DNA from: Deferrisomatales bacterium
Lineage (GTDB): Bacteria > Desulfobacterota > Deferrisomatia > Deferrisomatales > JACRMM01
Assembly: GCA_033551855.1 (NCBI GenBank)
Contig: JAWSUI010000031.1
Span: 1 to 45,996 of the forward strand
Length of the DNA stretch: 45,996 nt
Direction: 5' to 3'
The translations under genes and the position numbers were made by a program. The notes under the pieces were generated by a model. That model searched no databases and had not been told where the DNA came from. It was given only the letters and a program-made list of their open reading frames with translations. Shown here one piece after another: positions 1 to 12,499 of this stretch. Position 1 is the first letter of the stretch; the number at the start of each line of letters is the position of its first letter.

Positions 1-226
1 AGTCACCGCACGAACCCGGCCGATACCCGACTGCTGCAATAACCTAACCGGACAACGCTGGTCGGCAGCGATTCTCGATCAAGGGACGAGCGGCGCGCGG
101 GAGCCCCGACTGCCCCCGGGCACTCCGCGGCGCGTCGCGCCGTGACGGCTCGGCGGATTCCGGTCGGGCGGCAATCGCCCAGGCGGCGGGAACGGAGGGC
201 CGAAGGGGTCTTTCGGCGTGATCGGT

Positions 227-255
227 TTGACAGGGAAGACAGGGCCTTCCACAAT
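227..255 (+). promoter_or_regulatory. sigma70-like promoter of the MNT-HEPN operon
   Basis: TTGACA-N17-CACAAT upstream of a GGAGG SD and GTG at 289. Confidence 0.65.
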
Positions 256-288
256 GCGGGCAGGACTGCGAGCGGGAGGATCCTCTTC

Positions 289-780
289 GTGCTCAAAGAA
301 GTTTTCGACGAGATTTTGCAGCACGTCCTCCGCGCTTGCCGCGAGGAGTACGGCGCACGCCTGGTGAGCCTCGCCGCCTTCGGGTCCGTGGCCCGAGGCA
401 CCATGGGGCCGGAATCGGACGTGGACCTGCTGCTGGTGGCCGATCCGCTCCCGCAGGGGCGCATGGCCCGGGTTCGGGAGTTCGAGGCCGTGGACCGGAG
501 TCTCGCCGTGCTGTTGCGGGCCGCGGCCGCACGGGGCGTCCACACGGTCCTCGCGCCGGTCCTGAAGACCCCCGAGGAGGTCCGTTTCGGAAGCCCGCTG
601 TTCTTCGATATGACACGGGAGGTCCGCATCCTTGCAGACCAGGACGGCTTCCTGCGAGGGTACCTCGACGGCCTCGCCTCGCGCCTCGAAGCCCTCGGTG
701 CCCGCCGAATCGCCAAGGCCGGCGGCTACTACTGGCTCCTCAAGCCCGATCTCGAGCCCAGGGAGGAGATCTGCCTGTGA
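289..780 (+). CDS. Minimal nucleotidyltransferase (MNT), putative antitoxin
   Basis: FGSVARGTMGPESDVDL matches GS-X10-DXD; GTG at 289 follows GGAGG; GTGA overlap with the next gene. Confidence 0.85.
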   Translation: MLKEVFDEILQHVLRACREEYGARLVSLAAFGSVARGTMGPESDVDLLLVADPLPQGRMARVREFEAVDRSLAVLLRAAAARGVHTVLAPVLKTPEEVRFGSPLFFDMTREVRILADQDGFLRGYLDGLASRLEALGARRIAKAGGYYWLLKPDLEPREEICL

Positions 781-1190
781 CCTCCACCACCTTGGCCCAG
801 AGCTACCTCCTCAAGGCAAGCACGCGGCTGCGCGTTCTCGAGGTTCTGATGGAGGAAGAGGCCTGGTCCGACGTGGTCCGGGAGGCACAGGAGCTCGTCG
901 AGTTGGCACTCAAGGGCATGCTCCGCCAGGTGGGCATCGATCCGCCCAAATGGCACGACGTCGGGCCCATCCTCGAGGAGCACGCAGCCCGCCTTCCCCC
1001 GGAATGCCGCCTGGACCTCCCGGCGTTGGTCGAGACTTCCCGGTGGCTCCGGCGGGAGCGGGAGTTCGCCTTCTACGGCGACGTCGATTTCATCCCGACC
1101 GAGGAGTACCGCTCGGAGGACGCCCTCCGCGCCCTGGAGGGCGCCCGGCTCGCTCTGGACGCCGCCCGGCGCCTGATCCCGGCCCCTTGA
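777..1190 (+). CDS. HEPN domain protein, putative toxin partner of the MNT
   Basis: AQELVELALKG, PPKWHDV and REFAFYG motifs; coupled to the MNT stop. Confidence 0.85.
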   Translation: MTSTTLAQSYLLKASTRLRVLEVLMEEEAWSDVVREAQELVELALKGMLRQVGIDPPKWHDVGPILEEHAARLPPECRLDLPALVETSRWLRREREFAFYGDVDFIPTEEYRSEDALRALEGARLALDAARRLIPAP

Positions 1191-1263
1191 CCCCGGCGGC
1201 CCGGGGGTTTCGCGTCCCGACCCCTGTACTGCGCCCGTATCTCCCTTGCCGCCGGGACCATCG

Positions 1264-1467
1264 TCACGGCCGGCGCGGGGGACCTTCGTGACGGCTTCCG
1301 GGGCCCGGCGATTCCGAACGGTAGAGGTGGTAGGCGCAGTCCGGCCCCACGAGGGGGCGCGCTGCCTCCGCGGGAAGCCGCAGGCGTCCCCGCAGGACGA
1401 GGGTGCGGTAGAGGTGACGCAGGCGGGCCTCCTCGGCCCGGGGGTTCTCGAACACCGGCGGGCTCAC
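1264..1467 (-). CDS. Small hypothetical protein (67 aa), coupled to ybaK
   Basis: GTG overlaps the ybaK TGA; GGAGGA 9 nt upstream; G/C-rich third codon positions. Confidence 0.5.
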   Translation of the reverse strand: MSPPVFENPRAEEARLRHLYRTLVLRGRLRLPAEAARPLVGPDCAYHLYRSESPGPGSRHEGPPRRP

Positions 1468-1922
1468 GCGGACAGGTCCTCCGCCCGTGCCCCCAGGGCC
1501 AGCACCAGGTCGGCCGGGCGGAGGAAGACGATCAGCCCCCGCCGGCCCCCGTTGACGCCGATCGTCGCGAAGGCCCGGAGCGGCGCGTGAAACCAGACCG
1601 GCAGGGCCTTCCGGGTCCCGAAGGGGCTGATCCCGCCGACCTGGTAGCCGGTCAGCTTCTCCGCCTCCTCCGGCGCGGTCATGCGCGCGGACTTCACCCC
1701 CGCCAGCCGGGCCAGGTTCTTCAAGCTGAGCTCCGCGTCCCCCGGGAGCACACACAGGCAGTGGGAGCCGTCCGAGAGGGCCACCACCAGCGTCTTCGCC
1801 ATGCTCTCCACGGGCCAGCCCAGAGCCTCGGCCGCGTACTCCGCACCCTTGACCTTGTGCTCGTACTCCCGGGCCTCGTGGGGGATCTTCTGCTGCCGCA
1901 GAGCGCGCAGCGCGCTCGTCAT
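1464..1922 (-). CDS. ybaK: YbaK/EbsC aminoacyl-tRNA deacylase
   Basis: AKTLVV, TGYQVGGISPFG and NGGRRG motifs; alternative GTG start at 1928. Confidence 0.9.
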   Translation of the reverse strand: MTSALRALRQQKIPHEAREYEHKVKGAEYAAEALGWPVESMAKTLVVALSDGSHCLCVLPGDAELSLKNLARLAGVKSARMTAPEEAEKLTGYQVGGISPFGTRKALPVWFHAPLRAFATIGVNGGRRGLIVFLRPADLVLALGARAEDLSA

Positions 1923-2045
1923 CGACACCTCGACACCTCCGCCCCCGGATGCCGCTGCGGTTCCCTCCTCCGCGACGCGTTCCGCCGTCCCTCGACACGT
2001 CGGACGTCGGGGATCCCGGGCCCGCGCGGCGGCCCGGGATCGGCA

Positions 2046-2168
2046 GCCCATAAAGAAACGCACCTTCCTTGAATCCCCTCTCCCCCCGGGAGAGGGGCCT
2101 GGGGTGAGGGCGACCGGCCCGCGACCGGTCGGCGTTTCATCCCTTGGGGTGACCCGAAGGTCATGGGC
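2046..2168 (-). repeat. Repeat B, 123-bp element with short terminal inverted repeats
   Basis: Reverse-complement match to 10563..10685; ends GCCCATAA...TCATGGGC; internal CCCCTCTCCC...GGGAGAGGGG palindrome. Confidence 0.85.
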
Positions 2169-2171
2169 AAC

Positions 2172-3638
2172 TCAGAAGAGCTGGCGGCGGCCGGAGGAGG
2201 GGAGGATGCCCAGGCTCTCGCGGTACTTGCTCACCGTTCGCCGAGCGATCTTCAGGCCGAACTCGTGGGAGAGGATCTCGGCGATCTGGAGATCGCTCAG
2301 GGGGTTGCGGATGTCCTCCTTGGCCACGATCTCACGGATGCGGGCCTTCACGCTGCGGCTCGCCAAGTCGTCGCCGTTACGGCTCTGGATCGCGCTCGAG
2401 AAGAAGAACTTGAGCTCCACGGTGCCGTGGGGGGAGTGCATGTACTTGTTGGTGGTCACCCGGCTCACCGTGGACTCGTGCATCCCGATGTCGTCGGCCA
2501 CGTCCTTCAGGATGAGTGGACGCAGGTGTGCAACACCCCTGTCGAGGAACTCGCGTTGGAAGCGAACGATCGACGACGCGACCTTGTAGAGGGTCTGCTG
2601 CCGCTGGTGGATGCTCTTGATCAGCCACAGGGCCGCCTGCATCCGCTCCTGGATGTAGCCCTTGGCCTCCCTCCCCTCCAGACTCTGGTCTTGGAGAAGG
2701 CTCTGATAGTATCGGGAGACCCGGAGGCGAGGCACACCGTCCTCGTTGAGCCGGACCACGTACTGGTCACCCTCCCTGGTGACGAACACGTCGGGAACGA
2801 CATAGTCCACCCGGGTGCTGGCGAAGCTGCGGCCGGGGCGGGGCTCCAACCGGGCGACCTCGCTGGCCGCCTCGAGCACCTCCTCGAAGGTGAGGTCGAG
2901 CTCCTTGGCCAAGCGCTTGTAGTTCTTCGTCTCCAGGTGCTTGAGCCCGTGGGAGATCACTCGGACCACCGTCTCCTCCAGGGCGTGCTCCCGGGCTTGC
3001 CGCAGCAGGCACTCCTGGAGGTTGCGGGAGGCGACGCCCAGGGGATCGAAATCCTGGACCACCGTGAGGACCGCCCCCACCTCGTCCTCGGGGACCTCGG
3101 AAGCCGCGGCGATTTCCTCCACGCTCGCCCGCAGGTAGCCGTCTTCATCGACGTTGCCGATGATATGCAGACCGATCCGTTTCTGGACGGCGTCGAGGCG
3201 TGCCAGACGAAGCTGCCAGAGCAGATGGTCCTGCAGGGTGGCCTCTGGAGCGAGGAAGCTTTCGTAGGACGGGCGCTCGTCGTCCGTATTCGCCGGCAGG
3301 TCGGACGCGCTGCCCGAGTCGTAGTAGTTGAGGTACTGCTCCCAGTCGATCTCCGGGGTGGCCGGCTTCTCGCCCTCGCCTTCCGTGGGACGCGACAGCT
3401 CGCCGGCGGGCATGTCCTCGGAAGGCTCGGGGTCCCCCGCTACGGCGGCTTCCGGCGCGTCCTCCTCCCGAACCTCCTCGAGGAGGGGATTCTCTTCGAT
3501 CTCCTGCTGGACGCGATCGACCAACTCGAGGCGGGAAAGCTGGAGCAGCTTGATCGCCTGCTGCAGCTGGGGGGTCATCACCAGCTCTTGCGTCAGGCGC
3601 AGGTCCTGCCTCACATGCTGCCGGATCTCAAGAGCCAT
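2172..3638 (-). CDS. rpoN: RNA polymerase sigma-54 factor
   Basis: Region I PQLQQAIKLLQL; HESTVSR helix-turn-helix; RpoN box ARRTVSKYR. Confidence 0.97.
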   Translation of the reverse strand: MALEIRQHVRQDLRLTQELVMTPQLQQAIKLLQLSRLELVDRVQQEIEENPLLEEVREEDAPEAAVAGDPEPSEDMPAGELSRPTEGEGEKPATPEIDWEQYLNYYDSGSASDLPANTDDERPSYESFLAPEATLQDHLLWQLRLARLDAVQKRIGLHIIGNVDEDGYLRASVEEIAAASEVPEDEVGAVLTVVQDFDPLGVASRNLQECLLRQAREHALEETVVRVISHGLKHLETKNYKRLAKELDLTFEEVLEAASEVARLEPRPGRSFASTRVDYVVPDVFVTREGDQYVVRLNEDGVPRLRVSRYYQSLLQDQSLEGREAKGYIQERMQAALWLIKSIHQRQQTLYKVASSIVRFQREFLDRGVAHLRPLILKDVADDIGMHESTVSRVTTNKYMHSPHGTVELKFFFSSAIQSRNGDDLASRSVKARIREIVAKEDIRNPLSDLQIAEILSHEFGLKIARRTVSKYRESLGILPSSGRRQLF

Positions 3639-3644
3639 GGCGTC

Positions 3645-4379
3645 TCAATCGAGGCGGAATCCCTCTCCCAGGTAGACGGAACGCGCCTTCGCGCTTCGGA
3701 CGATGGCTTCTGGCGGACCCTCCTCCAGAATGCTGCCCTGGCTGACGATGTAGGCGCGATCACAAACGCCCAAGGTTTCCCGGACGTTGTGGTCACTGAG
3801 TATGACACCGATCCGCAGGGCTTTCAAATGCAAAATCTGGTCCCGGAGCTCGGAGATGGAGATCGGATCGATGCCGGCGAAGGGTTCGTCCAGTAAGATG
3901 AACGCCGGGTCGGTGGCCAGGGCCCTCGCGATCTCGACCCGGCGGCGCTCGCCCCCGGAGAGCAGGTGGGCCCTCCTGTCCTCGATGTGGCGGATCGAGA
4001 GAGCCTCGAGGACTTCCTCCGTCCGGGCCTGGGCCGCGTCCCGATTCGCGCCCCGGGCCTCGAGTACGGCGAAGACGTTCTCCCACACCGTGAGGCGCCG
4101 AAAGACGCTGGCTTCCTGTGGCAGATACCCCAGGCCTCGGCGCGCACGCTCGACCATGGGCAGCCGCGTGATGTCCTTCCCTCCCAGCCGGATGGTCCCC
4201 CCGTCGGGCCGGACCAGCCCCACGACCATGTAGAAGCTCGTGGTCTTTCCGGCGCCGTTGGGGCCGAGCAGGCCCACCACCTCGCCGCGCTCCACCCGCA
4301 GGTCGATCCCCGCGACCACGGCCTTGCCCCCGTAGCGCTTCACGAGGCCCCGGGCCTCCAGGACGTCGGGACCCTCCAT
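3645..4379 (-). CDS. lptB: LPS export ABC transporter ATPase
   Basis: GPNGAGKTT, LSGGERRRVEIARAL, LDEPFAGIDP; directly upstream of rpoN. Confidence 0.95.
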   Translation of the reverse strand: MEGPDVLEARGLVKRYGGKAVVAGIDLRVERGEVVGLLGPNGAGKTTSFYMVVGLVRPDGGTIRLGGKDITRLPMVERARRGLGYLPQEASVFRRLTVWENVFAVLEARGANRDAAQARTEEVLEALSIRHIEDRRAHLLSGGERRRVEIARALATDPAFILLDEPFAGIDPISISELRDQILHLKALRIGVILSDHNVRETLGVCDRAYIVSQGSILEEGPPEAIVRSAKARSVYLGEGFRLD

Positions 4380-4948
4380 CAGCGTCCTTCCTCGGGGGGC
4401 GGCCCCGGAAACAGCACGGCCCGGGCCCCCTCGACCACGCTGCGGTCTTCTGCGAGGTAGAGGGTGATGCGGTCTCCGGCGACCACGTCCCGGTCTCGCC
4501 AGACCTTGGGGTCCCCGGTGAGCACCAGGACGCCCGACGCGGCGTCGTAGGAGGCCTGATCGGAGGTTGCCAGGAGATCCCCCCGGCTGATGCGCACGGC
4601 GCCCCGGGCCAAGGCGGAGCGCAACCCACGGGTCTCGGCGTCGATCCCCACCTCCAGGCGGTCGGCTTGGAGCACCAGGTCCCCTTGCCGCGCCACCACG
4701 TCTCCCTCGAAGACCACCAAGCCGTCGGCCCCTCGCGCTTCGAGGCTCTGCGAATCCACCTGGAGGGGCTCGGACCCCTGGGTCCAGGGGGCAATTCCCT
4801 CCGGGGGCTGGCCCCTCGCCCCGTCCGGGCCCCCCAGGGACACCAGGGCAACGGCCACCGCTGCACCCAGCAGCCTGCCCACCCCGATCCCGGCCCGCGG
4901 GCCTCCCCCCCCGCGCACGCAAACGGGAACCGGTCGCCGGGGGCTCAC
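4379..4948 (-). CDS. lptA: LPS transport periplasmic protein LptA (OstA-like)
   Basis: VFEGDVVARQGD...LTGDPKVW...GDRIT pattern; signal-like N-terminus; start uncertain. Confidence 0.85.
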   Translation of the reverse strand: MSPRRPVPVCVRGGGGPRAGIGVGRLLGAAVAVALVSLGGPDGARGQPPEGIAPWTQGSEPLQVDSQSLEARGADGLVVFEGDVVARQGDLVLQADRLEVGIDAETRGLRSALARGAVRISRGDLLATSDQASYDAASGVLVLTGDPKVWRDRDVVAGDRITLYLAEDRSVVEGARAVLFPGPPPEEGR

Positions 4949-5472
4949 GGGGAGACCCCGCGGATCTCGGCTCGCACGTCGCGGTGCACGCGTGCCGTCC
5001 GTCCCTCCACGTTTACTTCCATTCCTTCGCCCTCCACCTGGAGCCCCGGCCCCTCCAGCAGCACCGGACCCTTCGACGTGACGAGCCCCGTGCCCCGGCG
5101 GTACTCGGCATGCTCCACTTCCGCCTGGTAGTCGTCCCACCGGACCACTACCTCCTCGGAGAGGTAGATCACGTCGAGCTCCCCCACCTCCCCCCGCCCC
5201 GCGTCCAGGAAGACCGCCCGCCCCCCTCGCCGGATCTCCCCGTGCACCTCTCTGAGGTCTCCGGTGCCGACACCCTCCCAGCCGGCCCCTTCCGCTGCCG
5301 TGAGCCGCCACCAATCCCCCTCGGCCTCCTGCTGGACGAGCTCCACCCCCTGAAAGACCGAGGTCGGCAGGTCGTCTCTCGCCACGGGCGTCCCGGAGTC
5401 CCAGTCCCGACACCCAAGGGGCCCGAGTCCCAGGGCCGGCCCCAGGAGGGCCGCCGCGAGGACTCGGGCCAC
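4945..5472 (-). CDS. lptC: LPS export protein LptC-like
   Basis: Position between kdsC and lptA; hydrophobic N-terminus; beta-rich body; GTG at 5472 has an SD (alternative start 5520). Confidence 0.7.
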   Translation of the reverse strand: MARVLAAALLGPALGLGPLGCRDWDSGTPVARDDLPTSVFQGVELVQQEAEGDWWRLTAAEGAGWEGVGTGDLREVHGEIRRGGRAVFLDAGRGEVGELDVIYLSEEVVVRWDDYQAEVEHAEYRRGTGLVTSKGPVLLEGPGLQVEGEGMEVNVEGRTARVHRDVRAEIRGVSP

Positions 5473-5527
5473 GCACCGCCCTCCACGACGACCTCGCCGG
5501 CGTCCCGGCCCTCCCGTCACGGCCCGC

Positions 5528-6061
5528 TCACTGCCTCTCGGGGGAGAAGTACTTGGCGGTGACCCCCTCCCAGGCGCCCCTCGCCCGCAGCAGGGCCTCG
5601 CAGACCTCCCGGACCGCCCCTCGGCCCCCGGGCCGTTCCGTCACCCAGTGCACCCGTTCCCGCACGCAGGACGGGGCATCCGGGACGCTGACCGCGAGGG
5701 CCGCCTGGAGGAGGACGGGCAGGTCCACCACGTCGTCCCCGACGTAGCCGAGGCGGTCCGCGGTCAACCCCCGCCGGGCCAGGATGGCCCGGACCACCGG
5801 GAGCTTGTCCTTCACTCCCTGGTGCACCTCGCAGATTCCGAGCTCTCGGGCCCGGTGCTCCACGACCCGGCTTCGGCGGCCCGTGACCAGGCCCACTTCC
5901 ACGCCGGCCCGCTGGAGGAGCTTGAGACCGTGGCCGTCGGTGACGTCGAAGGCCTTGGTCTCCACCCCGGCGTCATCGATCATGATCCTGCCATCGGTGA
6001 GGACTCCATCGACGTCGAGGAGGAGCAGCTCTACCGCGGCCAGGCGTTGTTCCAAGGTCAT
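5528..6061 (-). CDS. kdsC: KDO 8-phosphate phosphatase (HAD family)
   Basis: LDVDGVLTDG, GDDVVDL, GGRGAVRE. Confidence 0.93.
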   Translation of the reverse strand: MTLEQRLAAVELLLLDVDGVLTDGRIMIDDAGVETKAFDVTDGHGLKLLQRAGVEVGLVTGRRSRVVEHRARELGICEVHQGVKDKLPVVRAILARRGLTADRLGYVGDDVVDLPVLLQAALAVSVPDAPSCVRERVHWVTERPGGRGAVREVCEALLRARGAWEGVTAKYFSPERQ

Positions 6062-7022
6062 CGCAGTCCCGCCTTGACGAGGTCGTGGATGTGGACCACC
6101 CCCTCCACCCGCCGCGACCCCTCCTCGGCCACGACGAAGAGGCTTGTGATGGCGTGGGCCTCCATGAGTCGCAGCGCCTCCACGGCGAGGGTCCCCCGCG
6201 AGATGCGCTTGGGGTCGGGGGTCATCACCTCCCCTGCTGTGAGCTCGAGCAGTTCGGTCCGGCGCTCCAGGCCGCGGCGCAGATCTCCGTCGGTGATGAC
6301 CCCCGCCAGGAGCCCCTGGGTGTCGAAGACCCCGGTGAGCCCGAGGCGTTTGGAGGTCATCTCGAGAATAGCCGCCCGCAAGGGCGCGCCCAGGCCGACT
6401 CGGGGTACCGCGTCCCCCTCGTGGAGGAGGTCGTCCACCTGGAGGGTGAGTCGGCGGCCGAGAGGCCCGGAGGGATGGAAACGGGCGAAATCCTGCGCCG
6501 AGAACCCACGCCGCTCCATGAGCGCCGCCGCGAGGGCGTCGCCCAGCGCCAGGGTCGCCGTGGTGGTCGCCATGGGGGCCAGGTTGAGGGGACACGCCTC
6601 CCGCTCCACCCCCAAGGCAAGCACCACGTGGCTGCGCCGGGCGAGGGTGGAGCGGCGGTTGCCCGTGATGGCGATGAGGCCCAGGTCCAGGCGCCGGATC
6701 ACGGGGAGGATCTCCACCACCTCCTCGGTCTCTCCGGAGTTCGACACCGCCACCACGACGTCGCCCCGGGCCAGGATGCCCAGGTCGCCGTGGACGCCCT
6801 CGGCGGGGTGAAGGAAGAACGCGGGCGTCCCGGTGGAGGACAAGGTCGCCGCGATCTTCCGGCACACGATCCCGCTCTTGCCCATGCCGGTGAGGATCAG
6901 CTTGCCCCGGCAGGAGAGCACCAGGTCTAAGGCGGCCTCGAACTCGGCCCCCAGGTTCCGGGCCAGGCCCTCCAAAGCCTCCGCCTCGATGCGGAGCACC
7001 CGCCGGGCGGTCTCGAGGGCGC

Positions 7023-7026
<4 letters not shown>
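6058..7026 (-). CDS. kdsD: Arabinose-5-phosphate isomerase (SIS + CBS domains)
   Basis: GMGKSG, HPAEGVHGDLG, SNSGETEE, C-terminal CBS pair. Confidence 0.95.
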
Positions 7027-10337
<3,311 letters not shown>

Positions 10338-10369
10338 GCGGCCTCCTTGTGCGGCCCGAGAAGGGCGGT

Positions 10370-10399
10370 ACGATACTCGGCGGCTTTCGGGGGTGTCAA
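10370..10399 (-). promoter_or_regulatory. sigma70-like promoter of kdsB
   Basis: TTGACA-N18-TATCGT. Confidence 0.55.
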
Positions 10400-10465
10400 G
10401 GCGCGGGGGAGACCCTGCAAATCCCTGTCGGCCCGGGTATCGACCCCGGGAATTGGCTCCCCGGA

Positions 10466-10786
10466 ATCCGCCACCACACTGTGGGGCGGAGTCCGGGAGC
10501 CCAGGAGTGCAGCCCCGCACCGCATCCACCGACTCGACGAGGCGGGCGCAAGCGGGTGAAGTGCCCATGACCTTCGGGTCACCCTGAGGGATGAAACGCC
10601 GGCCATTCGCGGGACGGTTGCCCTCACCCCAGGCCCCTCTCCCGGGGGGAGAGGGGATGCAAGGAAGGTGGCTTCGTTCATAGGCCCGGCGCACCGGGGA
10701 CCGCCGGGACACCTCTTCCAACGGCCGCGGGTTGCGGGGCGAAACGCAGGGGCTCCCGGACTCCGCTTGCCGACCAGCCGGAGGAT
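10466..10786 (+). repeat. Repeat A copy (198 bp) interrupted by repeat B (123 bp)
   Basis: Collinear with 15164..15361 and 25170..25367; length 321 = 198 + 123. Confidence 0.9.
10563..10685 (+). repeat. Repeat B nested inside repeat A
   Basis: GCCCATGA...TCATAGGC ends; TGACC-TTCG-GGTCA hairpin; matches 2046..2168. Confidence 0.85.
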
Positions 10787-10804
10787 CCAGGCTCCAGAAA
10801 TCGC

Positions 10805-10833
10805 TTGACCTTCGCACGGCACTCCGGTAAAAA
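10805..10833 (+). promoter_or_regulatory. sigma70-like promoter
   Basis: TTGACC-N17-TAAAAA, 18 nt after the repeat A end. Confidence 0.5.
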
Positions 10834-10922
10834 CGCTTCCCTTTTCCTTCCGGCGGGGATTCCCTTCCCCCTGGCGACCAGGACACCCGCGCCGGCAGAG
10901 CCCGGCGAGAAAGGACGAGACG

Positions 10923-11471
10923 ATGAGACCGACGGACGTGACCCTCTTCAGCGGAGGCGCCCGGGGGGCCGAGGAAGCCTTCGGGGAGGCAGCCGCCGCC
11001 CACGGGGTGGCCGAAGTCCACTACACCTTCGAGGGCCATCACATCCAGCGGACCGCCGGCCACAGGACCATCGCGCCGGCCGACCTGTCCAAGGGCGACG
11101 TGAGCATGGCCGAGGTCTCCAAGCGCCTGCACCGCGACTATTCCACGCGGCCCTGGATGCGGCAGATCCTGCAGAGCATCTGGCACCAGGTGAACAGCGG
11201 CTACCAGGTCTTCGTGGTGGGGGAGATCCAAGGGGACGGAACGGTGAAGGGTGGAACCGGCTGGGCCGCAGAGCTCGCCAAGATGTGGAACCGCCCCCTG
11301 CACGTCTTCGATCAGGAGAAGGGGCACTGGTTCACCTGGCGTAACGACACCTGGGTGGAGGAGGTGCCCGTCGTCTCGCGGAACACCCTGTGCGGGACCG
11401 GCACGCGGAGCCTCAACGAGGCCGGCCGACGCGCGATCGCGGACCTCTTCGCGCGCTCGTTTCCCAAGTAA
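10923..11471 (+). CDS. Hypothetical protein, probable SLOG-superfamily Rossmann-like fold
   Basis: N-terminal SGGARGAE, KGGTGWA and GTR motifs; strong coding bias. Confidence 0.7.
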   Translation: MRPTDVTLFSGGARGAEEAFGEAAAAHGVAEVHYTFEGHHIQRTAGHRTIAPADLSKGDVSMAEVSKRLHRDYSTRPWMRQILQSIWHQVNSGYQVFVVGEIQGDGTVKGGTGWAAELAKMWNRPLHVFDQEKGHWFTWRNDTWVEEVPVVSRNTLCGTGTRSLNEAGRRAIADLFARSFPK

Positions 11472-11752
11472 GGCTCTGACACGGAGCAGCCGTCTCAGCG
11501 ACGGGCGTCGAGGCGCCTGACCGGCGAGGCGCGACGACGCGGAACAGCCCAGCCGTTGCAGGGAGGAGCAACGCCGCCGGTCGGGATGCATCGGCGCCCG
11601 GAACGACACGGCCATTCCGTGTCGGGCCCCAACCTACCGAACCTCACCGCCCGAACGGCAACGGCCGTCCGGGCCCTGCGGGCCACGGACGGCCTTCTCA
11701 TTTGCCGCAAGGGTCGAGGGTCCAGACGCCCACGCGGACCCGCCCCGGAGTG

Positions 11753-12496
11753 CTACGCCCAGCCCCCCTCCGAACGGATACGGTCGTAGGCCTGTTGCAC
11801 CTCCAGGAACTTCCGGTTGGCAAGCTCCCGGAACTCGTCCCCGAGGTGGGATACCCGGTCCGGGTGGTACTTCTTGACCAATTCCCGATAGGCCCGCTTG
11901 ACCTCCTCCGCGGTGGCCGAGGGGGGAACCCCCAAGACCTCGAAGTCGGCATGGGGGCGTGCGCGGGCCCGCAGGTTCACGACATCGGCGGCCGAGATCC
12001 CCAGCAGCGCCGCCGCCCGCCCAAAGACGGCCTCCTCCGGTGGGGTCATGCGGCCGTCGGCCAGGGCGACGTCGAGCATGCACTCGACCAGGAGGAGCCG
12101 AGTGGCGTAGTCGGCGCGGCGGGCGAAGTCGAGACACAGGGCGTCGAAATCGACCCCCTCCCGCAGGAAGCGCTTGATCAGTTCCCGTACGATCTCCAGG
12201 GATTCCCCCCGATAGCCGAGGCGCTCGGAGAAGAACGTCCGGACCGCCCGGACCTCCTCCGGGCGGATCTCGCCGTCGGCCTTCATCATGGCCGTCAGGA
12301 CGCCGACGAGGCTGGCCACGAAGTGCAGCTCTTGCTGCTGCTGGCGAACCCGGGGGTCGGCCTCCGGCCGCAGGGGCGCCCCGCCGGGGGAGGCGTCCTT
12401 GACGTAGTGGCCGATGACGCCGCCCAGGACGGCGCCCAGGGGCCCTCCCAGGAAGTAGCCGATCCCGGCGCCGAGGAGCTTGCCGCTGAGACCCAT
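11753..12496 (-). CDS. DjlA-like co-chaperone (TM + TerB-like + J domain)
   Basis: GKLLGAGIGYFLGGPLGA N-terminus; MKADG; C-terminal J domain with HPD. Confidence 0.88.
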   Translation of the reverse strand: MGLSGKLLGAGIGYFLGGPLGAVLGGVIGHYVKDASPGGAPLRPEADPRVRQQQQELHFVASLVGVLTAMMKADGEIRPEEVRAVRTFFSERLGYRGESLEIVRELIKRFLREGVDFDALCLDFARRADYATRLLLVECMLDVALADGRMTPPEEAVFGRAAALLGISAADVVNLRARARPHADFEVLGVPPSATAEEVKRAYRELVKKYHPDRVSHLGDEFRELANRKFLEVQQAYDRIRSEGGWA

Positions 12497-12499
12497 GGC

